64,000 nucleotides of DNA, from NCBI GenBank assembly GCA_951406725.2, contig OX597814.1, forward strand, positions 72,850,001 through 72,914,000, read 5' to 3'. The stretch is from Octopus vulgaris (lineage: Eukaryota). The notes beneath the pieces are model-generated. The model was not told the DNA's origin. It saw nothing but the letters and a program-made list of their open reading frames with translations, and made no database searches. This document shows positions 37,001 through 46,989 of this stretch, piece by piece (the stretch's first letter is position 1; the number at the start of each line of letters is the position of its first letter). Position numbers and translations under genes: made by a program.

Positions 37001-40000
37001 TTTTTTGTACTTAGTATATTATTTATTCATCTTCATCACCACAGTGATCATCATTACTACCATTATCATCAATTACCATCTTTCATATAGAAATTCATTA
37101 GTTTTTTGTTACTACAAAACTTTTACTTCTTTCATTTGTCTCAATATGATCTAAGTCTCCTGGGGATTCCTAAATATTTCTCATCATGCACCTTTCATAA
37201 TTTTCTATTCTGACTAAATTTCTCTTCATATTTTATTGCCAGTTCTAATTTATTTAATATCTATTGTTGTTTTTATATTATACTAATTCTTATGCTAATT
37301 CATAGAAACTAATAAACAATTTATGCTAATACATAGTTATTCATTAACAAAACCACTAAATTTGCTTTTGCCCTTTTTTATTTATTGGAATTTTAAAAAA
37401 TATTTCATTAAAACTATATTTTGTATTGGTTATACACATTATTACATTTCACTTGCAAAATAAATTGTTGTGCATATCTGTAACAATTAGAATAAGATGG
37501 CTAGTGTGATAGAGAAAGGAATAAGCACTGTTTCACTTTTCATATTTATAATTTCTAGCTTTAGTCAGTAACCTAAGGAAAGGACTCACTTCAAGCAATT
37601 TACTTTCTCTGTACACACTTTATGCTCTGGAAAATTAATAAATATATTGAATTATTAATTAAAAGCAGCTCTAATAATGTAAAGGTTATCGATCACATAT
37701 ACATAGCATATGTATGTTTTGTTTATATGCATTTATGCAGGATAGCATCTAGGATAGCTTCCTACACAATACTGAGTTTTAAAGGAACACCCGAATGTCA
37801 TAGATCAGATTAGACAACTTGCCACATGGTATTGGTAAGCCATAATAGAGATGACATATTGGTATCTACCACTCTCAGATTCAATCTGAGATGAGTTATC
37901 TTGCTTGGTCTATGACGTTCTTTATCACTCATCATTGTGTAGCAAACTATCCCAGCTGCTATCCTGCGGCAAATTTGGTGTATAAATAAAAGCACACACA
38001 CACACTTTATGTATGATTGATAATGTACATTAAATATATCTTGGGCAATGTCTTCTACTGTATATAGCCTTGAATTGACCAGTGCCTTGTGAATGAAATT
38101 GGTAGATAACTGTTTGGCAACCTGTCATGTCTATGTGTTTGTATCCACATCTCCCATCTATAAAATACCTTGCTGTAATTCATTATGAACTGATGTTGAT
38201 TAACGTACCTTGTGTGAAAAACAAGGGTTGTCCTGCTATAGAATACTGCCTCAAAAAGTATCATACAACCCTTGCCAACTTGGTAAAAGTTGATGTAAGT
38301 ACAATAATGACTGTAATAAGTATGCAGTTTCAGTATTGCTAGTCCATAACCAAAATTTTCAAAACTGTCAAACTAACAGTAGTTACTGCACCACTGCAAC
38401 AGTCATTGTTTTACAGGTGTAAAACTACCTGTACTCTTCAAGATTTACAAATAATATCAGCTAAAATTATAATGTTCAGTAGGAATAGAGATGTTTCTGT
38501 ACTTTTTTGATTGGTTTTTATATGAAAATCTTATAAATAACCAAACGTTTTGTTTTTGCTTTGTTGTAATCAAATGTGTGTTAAAGTGATATTAGCATTG
38601 TTAAAGTGTGCGAAGGAAGTGTTTATGATGTTTGTAACTTCCCAAGAACATGAGCTTTCGAAGTAAAGTGAACAAGTCATAACAGGGTATCAAAGACAGT
38701 CTTTCAGCTTAGTTTGCTGGAAGATTATCCTTTTGAATATGGTATTTGCTAATCTATTGATTTGCATAATGTTACTTCTATTAGGTATAATACTATTACT
38801 GGTAGTTGAGGTAACTCTTCTCAACTCTGATAATGTAAATATTTAAAGAGGAAAATGTACAGAAAATAAACTCCATCATCTGCCAGTGGGGTAAGCTAGA
38901 CGTAGTAGATAGGTTCTGTTACCTAGGTAATCAAGTTAGTAGAGGAGCTGGATGCTCAGAGAGTGTAGCTGGCAACAAAGGGCCTCTCCCTCAGAGTGAA
39001 AGGCAGATTGTATGTTGCCTGTGTGCAAACAACTATGCTACACAGCTTGAAACATGGGCTGTGACAGCTGAGAACATGCGTAGACTTGAAAGAAATGAAG
39101 CCAGTATGTTTCACTGGATGTGCAATGTTAGTGTGCATGTTTGGCAGAGTGTAAGCATCTTGAGAGAAAAGTTGGGCATAAGAGGCATCAGATGTAGTGT
39201 GCAAGAGTGTCGACTGCACTTGTATGGTCATATGATGTATATGGACGAGAACAGCTGTGTAAAGAAGTGCTGATCTCTAACTGTGGAGGGAACTTGTAGA
39301 GGTAGACCCTGGAATACATGGGATAAGGTGGTGAAGTAGGATCTTTGAACTTTAGGCCTCACAGAGGCAATGACTAGTGACCGAGACCTTTGGCGATATG
39401 CTGTGCTTGAGAAGACCCGTCAAGCTGGTAGCACATAAAAAGCACCTTTCAAGTGTTGGGTCTCATGAAAACAAAGTGACTGATGCCAGTGGCACCTGAA
39501 AAGGTCCTTTTAAGTGTTGGGCCTCACGGAGGTAATGGCGAATGACCGAGACCTTTGGCATTATGTCATGCTTGAGAAGACCCATCAAGCCAAGTAAAAT
39601 TGCAGCTGTGGGAGATACTGGTGGCATGTAAACGCACCCATTACACCATAGGAGTGGTTGGCGTGAGGAAGGGCATCCAACTGTAGAAACCAAGCCAAAT
39701 CAAACTGGAGTCTGGTGCAACCTTCCAGCTTGCCAGCTCTGATCAGACCGTCCAACGCATGCCAGCATGGACAACGGATGTTAAATGATGTGAACTGTTA
39801 TAGGTGTGTTTTGTTTCTATTTTAGTCCCATTGTTTACAAGTGGGACCCTTAGGTAGCAATCACTGGAGTGTTACAGTGATTTGCAATTGAAAAACATTG
39901 AATGTTTCTTAAAAATGTAGATAGCATTAGTCTTTTTTATGTTGGCAAAAATGCATTTTTGTTAGTGGTTTGGGTTTTTTGATTGAAAAATAGTTCAGAT

Positions 40001-43000
40001 GGTGGTGTTAGAACTCAGAACATTTAGAGATGATACTAAAGACATTAAATTACTTAGACTACAATCTCTAGTTTTACCAGTTTGCTATTAAAGAAATTAA
40101 GAATTTTGCCTTTAGTAAAGAAAAAAAGTATTGGTTTATAGTTACAGTGATAATGGTTTTACTAAAATACAGTGAAAATTAACATTTTAAAACTAATTTT
40201 TCACACTTAGAATTTTATACAAATATTATTGCGTACCTAAAATGTACCAGATCTTGCAGATAAAATGCATCTTTATTTCTTTTACATTAAATTATTTTTA
40301 GAGATAAAAACTTGGTTGATGTTTAGCTAATGTGAAGCTGTCCAAAGAGTTGAATTAAGTGTATTCGTAAATACTGCTTAATGTATGTTAGAGCATTATT
40401 CCTGTATTCTATATATATTTGGTCATATTTATCATTTACTAGCAGTATTGCCCGGCTTTGTGTGACTATTAATCGCACTGAGGAAAATTGATTAATCTGC
40501 GAGTGCAAAATCAATACTTTCTTACACAATGTACGTACGTGCACTCGTGCGTTCTATGCACGCTCAAATTAAGCTAAACTTGGATGAAGTTCAATCAAAA
40601 TTCAATTATTTTGGTTTTAAAATCAAGCATTTAATGCCCTCTATTTTTGTGCTTATGTGTTCCATTTCCTCAATAGGAAGTACGTAGAAGCGTTTCATAA
40701 ATTTTTGTTGATCAAATAATTGCATTGTTGAATTATTCTTTTAGATCAGTATTTCTCAACGGGGATTTCAGGGGAGAGTTTCAGGGAGTCGCTGGCGATG
40801 TATCGTGATGATCAAAAATCCGGCCTGCTAAAATTTGGTTAAAGTGATTCAAACTGCAGACTCAACGCAAAATGGTCACATTTAATTCAAAGCGTTAAAA
40901 ATGTTATGAAAACAATTGGTATGTGTTCACAAAGTCCAAACAATTAATACGAAAAAACCCTCCAGGCTACATCCCGAAAATTGCCGAATTTCTACAATAC
41001 TTACGGCGATTCGTTTTTATATCTTGATTTTTTATTTTTCATGCAATTTACGCATGCTTGCATGCGTGGTGAACACAGTTCACGTCAAATAGCTGACTGA
41101 GTAAAGTTCACTATTCAATGCATGGGATAAGGCCTAAACAAACACATTATCGATTTTTGCACTTGCGAGATGAATTTCAGAACAGAAATAGCGCAGTTCA
41201 ATTTTCATTCGCCTAAACTTTAAGTGACCCATTTTTGGTGGTTCTACGATTTGTTGGCTAGGAGATGTGCCGGGAAGTTAAACACACAGACACACACACA
41301 AATTGAGTTTTATATATATATAGATATCATCATAGCAACTTTAACCAAATCTTAAGTTGGTGTTGACTACACTGTATAAGTAATAATGTCCATACATACT
41401 AAACTTGTACTAATTGTGTGGTTGGGGAGGGTTTAGCTGCCATTCAAATCCAGTTCTCTGCTTAATTTAGCATATGAAGCATAAACAAACACACACACCC
41501 TCCTTCCTTCCTTACTACTTGCATTCAACAAGTAAAGTGAAACAATTTCAAATATTCAAAGAAATTGCACTGAGTTTCAATATCATAGCTTATATACTGG
41601 ATTTTATAAGAGATACCTTTAAGTCTCGAAGCACTAGCTAAGTTATTTCTCTCATCAGAAATACACCAAAAAAACTTTTAACTTTTAATGTAATAAAAGA
41701 AATTAATACATTTTTCTCCTTCCTTTTCAGATGGCTCTTCAATTACAAATGGCACTGCTGATACAGCTACTAAAAATACTGCATTAAAGGTTAGTTCATA
41801 GCAATTTAGATATTGTTGTTTGGATTTCTTGTAATGTTTTTTAATTCTTTTAATCATTGCTGTATGTTCATACCTCCATAGGCGGGATGGAAGCAGTGAT
41901 TTAAGTATTTTTATGGCTAGATATCCAAACAAAGTATAAAAGCTGCCAACTGAGGTTTTATATTGTTGACTTACTGGTCACCACATACAACTTTACAGTT
42001 CTGGGCTCATGTTCTTTTTAATACTACTTAGAGGAATCTGACAGTGTGAAAATGCAGTATATGAAAACAGTTTTTAGAAATACCAATAATATATTAATTC
42101 AAGCTGAAATAGCTACACAAATACATAATTTAGTATATCACATTCAAGTTTTTTGGGTTTTTTTCAAACCTTGTCTGGATCAGCTTGTTGTTTGATAAAG
42201 ATAGAACATTACAACATATCTTTCCATAGTATTTTGTATTGTCAAAAACACTTCATAATTTTTCACTGTAATGTTATTAAATAGTACATGGAAATTTCTA
42301 TTTATAGAGCATATCAAAGGAAGCTTAATATGTCTGTCTTCTTTCATTGTTGTCCAGTTGTAAAAGACTTTTTATAGTATTCAAACTTTTAAGTTTTGCT
42401 GAGTTGTATACTTGTAAATTCTTTACTTTACATTCATTTTAAAGAAAACTTTTATTTCCTCTATTTTTCTAGGTTTCTGAAAGTAATAGTGAAACTTTGC
42501 TTCATTTGGCTAATTCTCAGAATTTGATCTCAGAGAGGTTGTGTGCCAGTGATGATGAAGATTTTGTCAGACCTAGTGTCAAGGATTTGGCTTCAAAGTT
42601 TGAATATGATGTCACTAGCAAAACTTCAGATTCTGTAGATGGCAATGGTAACCTTACTCAGCGAAGGTCTTTTAGGGTTAGAAGCAAGTCAGAATCAAGT
42701 ACAATGAAACCAAAACCAGCACTCAGCAAGCACCAGTTTCAACAAGGCTCTAGACCACGTAAATCTGTGACATTTGCTGATAATATCGCAATGATTGCTC
42801 CAAACAATAAGATGTACACAAGCCATGATGCAAACATAAATCGGAAGGAAAAGAGCACCAATGAAAAATATGATTGGGATGATGATGACAGCAGTTCTAG
42901 TAGTGAAGACCCCACTGAACTAACTGATGGTCCTTTTTGCAATTTGTGTCAAAAGAAAGGAGTTCAACAAGGACAAGTTTACTGTCAAGACTGTGACTTT

Positions 43001-43030
43001 TATATGAGTCGGTTTAAACCTTGCACTTGA
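3632..43030 (+). CDS. USP54: USP54-like ubiquitin carboxyl-terminal hydrolase (USP53/USP54/echinus family), whole spliced CDS: join(3632..3772,12899..12991,13241..13375,14242..14355,14683..14762,15521..15626,16470..16527,19809..19903,21465..21608,21946..22093,23317..25053,29057..29176,29732..29860,34524..34716,35283..36436,41731..41789,42473..43030), 1687 aa
   Basis: All 17 exons are flanked by AG/GT (one GC donor), phases are mutually consistent, and the total is 5064 nt ending in TGA. Family motifs: [95 protein letters not shown]-like segment in exons 13-14 favours USP54 over USP53. Confidence 0.9.
5373..5586 (-). repeat. tRNA-derived SINE family A (Deu/Nin-like core)
   Basis: aggcacaagg...gattacatc...ggtacttaatttatc.accc..aaaggatgaaaggcaaagtc.acc..ggcggaatttgaactcagaa (B-box gagttcaaatt on the - strand). 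Confidence 0.8.
6235..7470 (+). mobile_element. Decayed mariner (Tc1/mariner) transposon; left TIR present, right TIR missing
   Basis: TA + CGAGCGGGTACCCAAAAGTAAC terminus. Remnant motifs [70 protein letters not shown]. Many stops and frameshifts. Confidence 0.9.
9670..10092 (-). repeat. Two tandem copies of SINE family A
   Basis: The core gatgaaaggcaaag...tttgaactcagaa occurs at about 9752 and 9981. Confidence 0.8.
10128..10588 (+). repeat. RTE-tail element with internally duplicated module
   Basis: Two copies of tgggcctcatggagg...agtgactgagacc...gatatgccatgc.tgagaagac, ending gccagtatggacagcagatgctaaatgatgatgatg. Confidence 0.8.
12899..12991 (+). CDS. USP54: USP54-like exon 2
   Basis: ttccacag|[31 protein letters not shown]|gtaatc, phase 0-0. 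Confidence 0.95.
13241..13375 (+). CDS. USP54: USP54-like exon 3
   Basis: ttgcag|[45 protein letters not shown]|gtaagt. Confidence 0.95.
14242..14355 (+). CDS. USP54: USP54-like exon 4
   Basis: ctgtag|[38 protein letters not shown]|gtaata (too short for the ORF track). Confidence 0.93.
14683..14762 (+). CDS. USP54: USP54-like exon 5
   Basis: tttcag|[26 protein letters not shown](V)|gtaagt, phase 0-2. Confidence 0.92.
15521..15626 (+). CDS. USP54: USP54-like exon 6
   Basis: ttttacag|[35 protein letters not shown]|gtgagt, phase 2-0. Confidence 0.92.
16470..16527 (+). CDS. USP54: USP54-like exon 7
   Basis: tttacag|[19 protein letters not shown](V)|gtgagt, phase 0-1. Confidence 0.92.
17455..18290. 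repeat. Complex tandem repeat (about four diverged 200-280 bp units with CA/TG tracts)
   Basis: Recurring gtgtttaataatgtacctaa.gc.gaaa.acac, acagtcatatacaaaatgtga.gt and ctatgaa.tgttatattgt.ttaa..gaaatgaaaataaaatt...attgacactg.ccagc. Confidence 0.75.
19460..19489. repeat. (TA)n microsatellite
   Basis: About 15 perfect TA units. Confidence 0.9.
19809..19903 (+). CDS. USP54: USP54-like exon 8
   Basis: cttttag|[31 protein letters not shown]|gtaagt, phase 1-0. Confidence 0.92.
20100..20564 (+). repeat. RTE-tail element with about four 66-bp tggcacgtaaaaagcacc modules
   Basis: Modules at about 20191, 20257, 20322 and 20388, then ggaagggcatccagctgtagaaac...acgttaaacaatgatgatgatg. Confidence 0.85.
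21465..21608 (+). CDS. USP54: USP54-like exon 9 (His-box and Asp)
   Basis: ctgtag|[48 protein letters not shown]|gttggt. Confidence 0.95.
21946..22093 (+). CDS. USP54: USP54-like exon 10 (end of USP domain)
   Basis: tttacag|[31 protein letters not shown]...GYNN|gtaagt, phase 0-1. Confidence 0.95.
23317..25053 (+). CDS. USP54: USP54-like exon 11 (1737 nt, Ser/Asn-rich, probably disordered)
   Basis: Lies within the 607-aa ORF 23283..25106. tttcag acceptor and CGAG|gtaagc donor, phase 1-1. Confidence 0.92.
25797..25980 (+). repeat. SINE family A, + orientation
   Basis: aaggcagcaagctggcagaattgttagaa...ttcaaatcctgctagagtcaa...agtaccagtcaagtactgg. Confidence 0.7.
26040..27260 (-). mobile_element. 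Decayed R4/Dong-like (restriction-like endonuclease) non-LTR retrotransposon, 3' part
   Basis: - strand remnants [17 protein letters not shown]...[10 protein letters not shown] and [30 protein letters not shown]...STARTMRKV resemble the R4-clade C-terminus as recalled (KEKLEKYQDL..ELQRLW...VIPVVIGALG...GTARILRKVL). Confidence 0.7.
27383..28830 (-). mobile_element. 5'-truncated, internally deleted RTE-clade LINE with 3' UTR and (GAT)n tail
   Basis: RT N-half remnants ([39 protein letters not shown]) fused directly to C-terminal RELL..LVT.GLSLR.K.RLY...[20 protein letters not shown]...RRLRWYG...GRPRK.W. Confidence 0.9.
29057..29176 (+). CDS. USP54: USP54-like exon 12 (120 nt, symmetric, possibly alternative)
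   Basis: ttttctag|(D)[39 protein letters not shown]|gtatac, phase 1-1. Confidence 0.78.
29732..29860 (+). CDS. USP54: USP54-like exon 13 (MIT-like domain, first half)
   Basis: ttttttag|(G)[42 protein letters not shown]|gtaagt. The E-x-x-G-D-L-x-x-A...C-x-x-A-I pattern matches the USP54 MIT region as recalled. Confidence 0.88.
30305..32650 (-). mobile_element. RTE-clade LINE remnant: AP-endonuclease, post-RT region with PHD-like finger, 3' UTR; RT core deleted
   Basis: [55 protein letters not shown]. Jump near 31735 to [19 protein letters not shown], then VDSFYYLGD and [12 protein letters not shown]. Confidence 0.92.
34000..34039. repeat. (CATA)n(CA)n microsatellite inside a SINE family B copy
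   Basis: catacatacatacatacatacacacacacacacacacaca. Confidence 0.85.
34524..34716 (+). CDS. USP54: USP54-like exon 14 (MIT-like domain second half, GC donor)
   Basis: tcacag|(G)[36 protein letters not shown]...AEKI(R)|gcaaga. A phase-2 end is required by the next exon. Confidence 0.82.
35283..36436 (+). CDS. USP54: USP54-like exon 15 (1154 nt, Ser-rich)
   Basis: Long polypyrimidine tract and ccag acceptor, contains the 384-aa ORF frame, TCAG|gtatat donor, phase 2-1. Confidence 0.88.
36748..36957 (-). repeat. SINE family A (well preserved copy)
   Basis: ctggtacttaatttattgaccccgaaaggatgaaaggcaaagttgacctcagcggaatttgaactc...gcttctgccagcttgccg. Confidence 0.85.
38888..39790 (+). mobile_element. 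5'-truncated RTE-clade LINE, same family, opposite orientation
   Basis: [12 protein letters not shown]...[12 protein letters not shown]...[28 protein letters not shown], with the shared 3' tail gggcatccaactgtagaaac...gccagcatgga...gttaaatgatg. Confidence 0.9.
40439..41324 (-). mobile_element. Non-autonomous Helitron
   Basis: On the - strand begins A|TCTATATATATATAAAACT and ends GCCGGGCAATACTGCTAG|T. No TSD, inserted between A and T. CpG-rich relative to the flanks. Confidence 0.75.
41731..41789 (+). CDS. USP54: USP54-like exon 16
   Basis: ttccttttcag|(D)[19 protein letters not shown]|gttagt. Phase 1-0 bridges exons 15 and 17. Confidence 0.82.
42473..43030 (+). CDS. USP54: USP54-like terminal coding exon 17
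   Basis: tttttctag|[12 protein letters not shown]...[12 protein letters not shown]...RKSVTFAD...[33 protein letters not shown]. Confidence 0.9.
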   Translation, partial: VSESNSETLLHLANSQNLISERLCASDDEDFVRPSVKDLASKFEYDVTSKTSDSVDGNGNLTQRRSFRVRSKSESSTMKPKPALSKHQFQQGSRPRKSVTFADNIAMIAPNNKMYTSHDANINRKEKSTNEKYDWDDDDSSSSSEDPTELTDGPFCNLCQKKGVQQGQVYCQDCDFYMSRFKPCT

Positions 43031-45960
43031 TCTTTAGGGAAAACTTTTTCAATCCAGACTTCTTCTGTTATGTGATAGACACTGCCACATGAATGAATTT
43101 CCTTCTCTACTGGTAGAGATAGCTTAGTGTACTAATCCTATCTTTCACATTTATTGGACTTCATTTCAATTCCTGCAATTTAAAGCCAACTTTCATTCAC
43201 ATTTTACACAAACAACATACATATATGGAAGAAGTTTGGTAGTAACCACAGAGAAACATTATATGAATATGTAAAATCTGCTACATCGAATCTCAGCAAA
43301 CTGTTTTAAAATTTTTCTCCCCCACTTAATTCTGAACTAATAACTGGAAAATTTATACTTTTGTCAAAAAAATTAATTACTAGAACATAATTCTATTTTC
43401 TAATGAAAATATATTTATTTTTCTATTTTCATCAAATACTTTCTCTATTGTTATTTTATTTCTTAAAAACCTTCTCATAAGTTTACCCACCTTAAGACTT
43501 TTTTATTGCTATAAGGTTTCACTAATTCTTTTCTAAAAGTTTTCTAAATTATTTTCTCCAGAAACTTAACATTCTTCTATTTAAAGAAGTAATTTCTTTC
43601 TAGTTTGAAACACTTTTTGGTCTAGAGTTATATCGTGGATAACTGAATATATGATTATTTAGATAATGAATAATATTTTGAGATAGTAGGAAATTGAATG
43701 TGAAGTTATCAAAGACTCTGGATAATTAACATTCTGTGTGTAGTAAAATTGAGAGCTATTTGCGAACACATTTGTTTATGAAAAAGAAGCCATCTCTAAT
43801 ATTATCCAAAATATAAGCATAGTTTTAATTTTTGTTTAAGTGTTATGTTAGTTGAGAGATTCTCTATCTTCCTCTTCAGAAGTATCAATCAGTATAAATA
43901 TGGTAACCTCTGTATCTTTGTATAAACGCCAAGGAAATTTATTACTGCCTCTTACATTGGTTTTGGGGGTATGTTGGGAGTGAAACTGTTAAATTCTGTA
44001 GATGAAATTTTTTGAGGTATATTTTACTTGAAAATATCATCTCAGTTGATTATCTAGGAGAAAAATTCTTTTTTTTTTTTTTGTATTCACATAAGAATAC
44101 TTTAGTGAAGAAAATTGATATACAACTAAATTGGTTTTTTTGTGAAATTGGCTGAATGGCCAAAAGTATGTTTGATTCATACCAGTTATGTCATGAATTT
44201 AGAGCAAAGGCATATTACACTGCTTATCCTATTCCACCTGTTGGAAATTGCAAAACATGTTCAGCCATAAAAATATCTATGCTGGTAATTTTTTCCATTC
44301 TTATCCAAATTTCAAAAACAACTGTAATAATATGGATATTTCATAAAGCATTGAATTGTTGGACAACACTGAATGATTTGTCTTCAGGTGGTGTATATAG
44401 TGTCTGCCTGCTAAAATACTAATGTAAATCAACCATATAAAGACCATCCTGGTCCAAGTTGAAAGCCAGGAGAGGATATGAATTCAACCCTACAAACTAA
44501 CAAAAAACTAATGTGGTAAACTGTTCTTTAGCCCCCAGGCTAGTCCTAATTGATGATCTGGTTTTGATTATTTATCTATGAATGTTGTTATCCAATACAT
44601 CCTTTATATAAAATGGTAGGGCATGATTTGATGAAGATTTGGTTGTTGTTTCCAGTGTGTTGAGCAACCATGTAGAACTTCTCATTGAGTATTGAGACCA
44701 GCCAAACAATATTGTTGGAAAACAAGACATCAGCCAGAAAGTATCTCTGTTTATTTCTCTTTGTATCTCATTTCTTTAATGAGATGGTTGGTGTAAGATA
44801 ATGATGTGAGAATGAGGTGCTTCTACTTCATTATTTTGAAGAGGCATATATGGGGTAGGTATATATGAGGTATATGGGGTAGTGTTAGATATGAGTTTCT
44901 TAAAGTGTAAATGGGGCTAGCAATTCTTCAGTTACATGTATAGATATACTTAACATAAATTCCATTATAGTAAAGATTATTATAGAAATTTGTGGTAATT
45001 ACAGAGCTGGAGAATTCTGTTTTTACAGTGTTTATAAATTTCTCACTTTTTCTACTTTAAGGGAGCAAATTTTGCTGTTTGTAACAAAATGTTGGTTGCA
45101 TCAATTTTTTCTATTTTTCGAATTAACATCTATAATTTCTAAAAAGATTCAGTTTTAAAAAAATTGAAGGAAAATATTTAACCCAGCTAATGAGTATAAG
45201 GAGTAAGTTTGTTTGTTTTAAGCTCCTTTTTAAAAAATTCTGATTTATAATTATTATATTAAACAAACAAATTTGTATTAATTGCATTGACAAAGCTGGA
45301 GAATTCTGTTTTTACAGTGTTTATAAATTTCTCACTTTTTCTACTTTTAAGGAGCAAATTTCTCCTGATTATTTATAGTTAATGCTGCTCCTATGTATTT
45401 TATTTAGTCAACTGGAAGAAAAGAGTGATAGATATTTGAATTTCCTTCAGTTAAATTATAGATGATGTAACCTGAAAAAATTGGTTCTAATAACCAACAT
45501 TTGATTGGATGTTTTTAACTGAATCAGATGGCATATTTCTTTTATGACAATGTATTTCAAATATCTAATATGTTAAAATAAATATATAAAATCTTTGGGT
45601 GTAGTGAAATCTGCTTCAAAAAATTACCCTATCTTTAATTCTATACATTTGCAGTGGGGGGCAGGTCCCTCCTATGATATAAATGAATAATATACTTTTG
45701 ACCAGTTGACAAGTGTACATTGAATAAAAAAAAAAAACCACACCCACTGGGAATCTGAGAAAACCACTAATTAGGGCAAACCTTGGTTGATCATTTCAAG
45801 GGATTTATCCATTTGATTGTAATGATTTAAGTAGTGCATGAAAGTAGTTGTAAATAAGATGTACCAATATTCATTTACAAGCTCATTTCATTTGAATATT
45901 CACTTGTAATATTTTTCATGTATTTTCTCTGTAAAATAAAAAAAAAATTTTTTAAAGAAT
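43031..45960 (+). other. Probable USP54 3' UTR with candidate poly(A) signals
   Basis: AT-rich, repeat-poor stretch after the stop codon. AATAAA at 45577, 45723 and 45935. The true end cannot be determined from sequence. Confidence 0.4.
45005..45361 (+). repeat. Direct repeat of about 67 bp (45005-45072, 45294-45361)
   Basis: agctggagaattctgtttttacagtgtttataaatttctcactttttctacttt.a.ggagcaaattt occurs twice. Confidence 0.9.
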
Positions 45961-46311
45961 TTATGGACTTGGAACATCAGTTTTTGTTCAAATTTCTCAA
46001 ATTCTTATAGTACTAATTATTTGTTTCTGCTTAAGATTTTAATCAAGAAATCTGTTCTTATCAACTAGAATATTTTCATTAACTGATACTCCAAAATTTT
46101 TCTTCATACTTTCAAGACACATAATAAATAAGTATAGTAGGAAAAACCCATCCTTTTTGTTTTTCTTTCTATTTCTTTCTTTTATAACTTGTGAGACTCC
46201 AAGTTCTTTTTAAAATGAATAACTAGAATATATTATTAGACAGAAGCAATTATATTGAAAAAATGGATTTTTTACTTTTTGATGTATTGTGTTGGAAGAA
46301 AAAAATGTGTG

Positions 46312-46622
46312 TGAAGGTGCATGGCTCACAATCATGAGGTTGTGAGTTTGATTCCTGGGCTGGGCTGTGTGTTGTGTTCTTGAGCAAGACATTTTATTTC
46401 GCATTGCTCCAGTTCACTCAGCTGTAGAAATTAATTGCAATGTAACTGGTACCAAGCTGTATCAGCCTTTGCCATCTTGGACAACATTGGTAGCATGGAG
46501 AGTGGGGACTGGTATGCATGGACAGCTGCTGGTTTTCCACAAACAATCTTGCTCAAATTTGTGCTTCAGAGGGGAACTTTATAAGGTGCAGTCTGATGGC
46601 CATTCGTGACTGAAGGGAGCCT
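46312..46622 (+). repeat. tRNA-derived SINE family C (V/Meta-like core)
   Basis: ggttgtgagtttgattcctgg (B-box) followed by gtgttgtgttcttgagcaagaca...gctccagttcactcagctgtagaaa. Confidence 0.6.
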
Positions 46623-46989
46623 TTAAAATATCTCAGTATGTAGCACCTTTGCTAAGTTTTCTGTAACCTGAGATTGACCAATGCTTTGTAAGTTAAATTT
46701 CAAATATCAGTCTTATCTGTTTTAGCTGTTCAGAATGCAAAGATGAGTGAGATAAAGAACCTGAAATGAAAACATGGGCTGATGTCAAGAAGTTAATCTT
46801 GTCAAAATACTTCAAAAAATCTTGTCCAAACAATAATCTGTATAGAAAAATGGGCATAAAAATGAGGATGATGATTATGTATATATGTGGAAAAACTTCA
46901 CAAATTACAACAATCTGTTGTATCCTTTAACAAGAAAACAAATTTATGCTTTGGCTGCCAACAACAGGGCTCTCTGTTGGCTAATTTTT

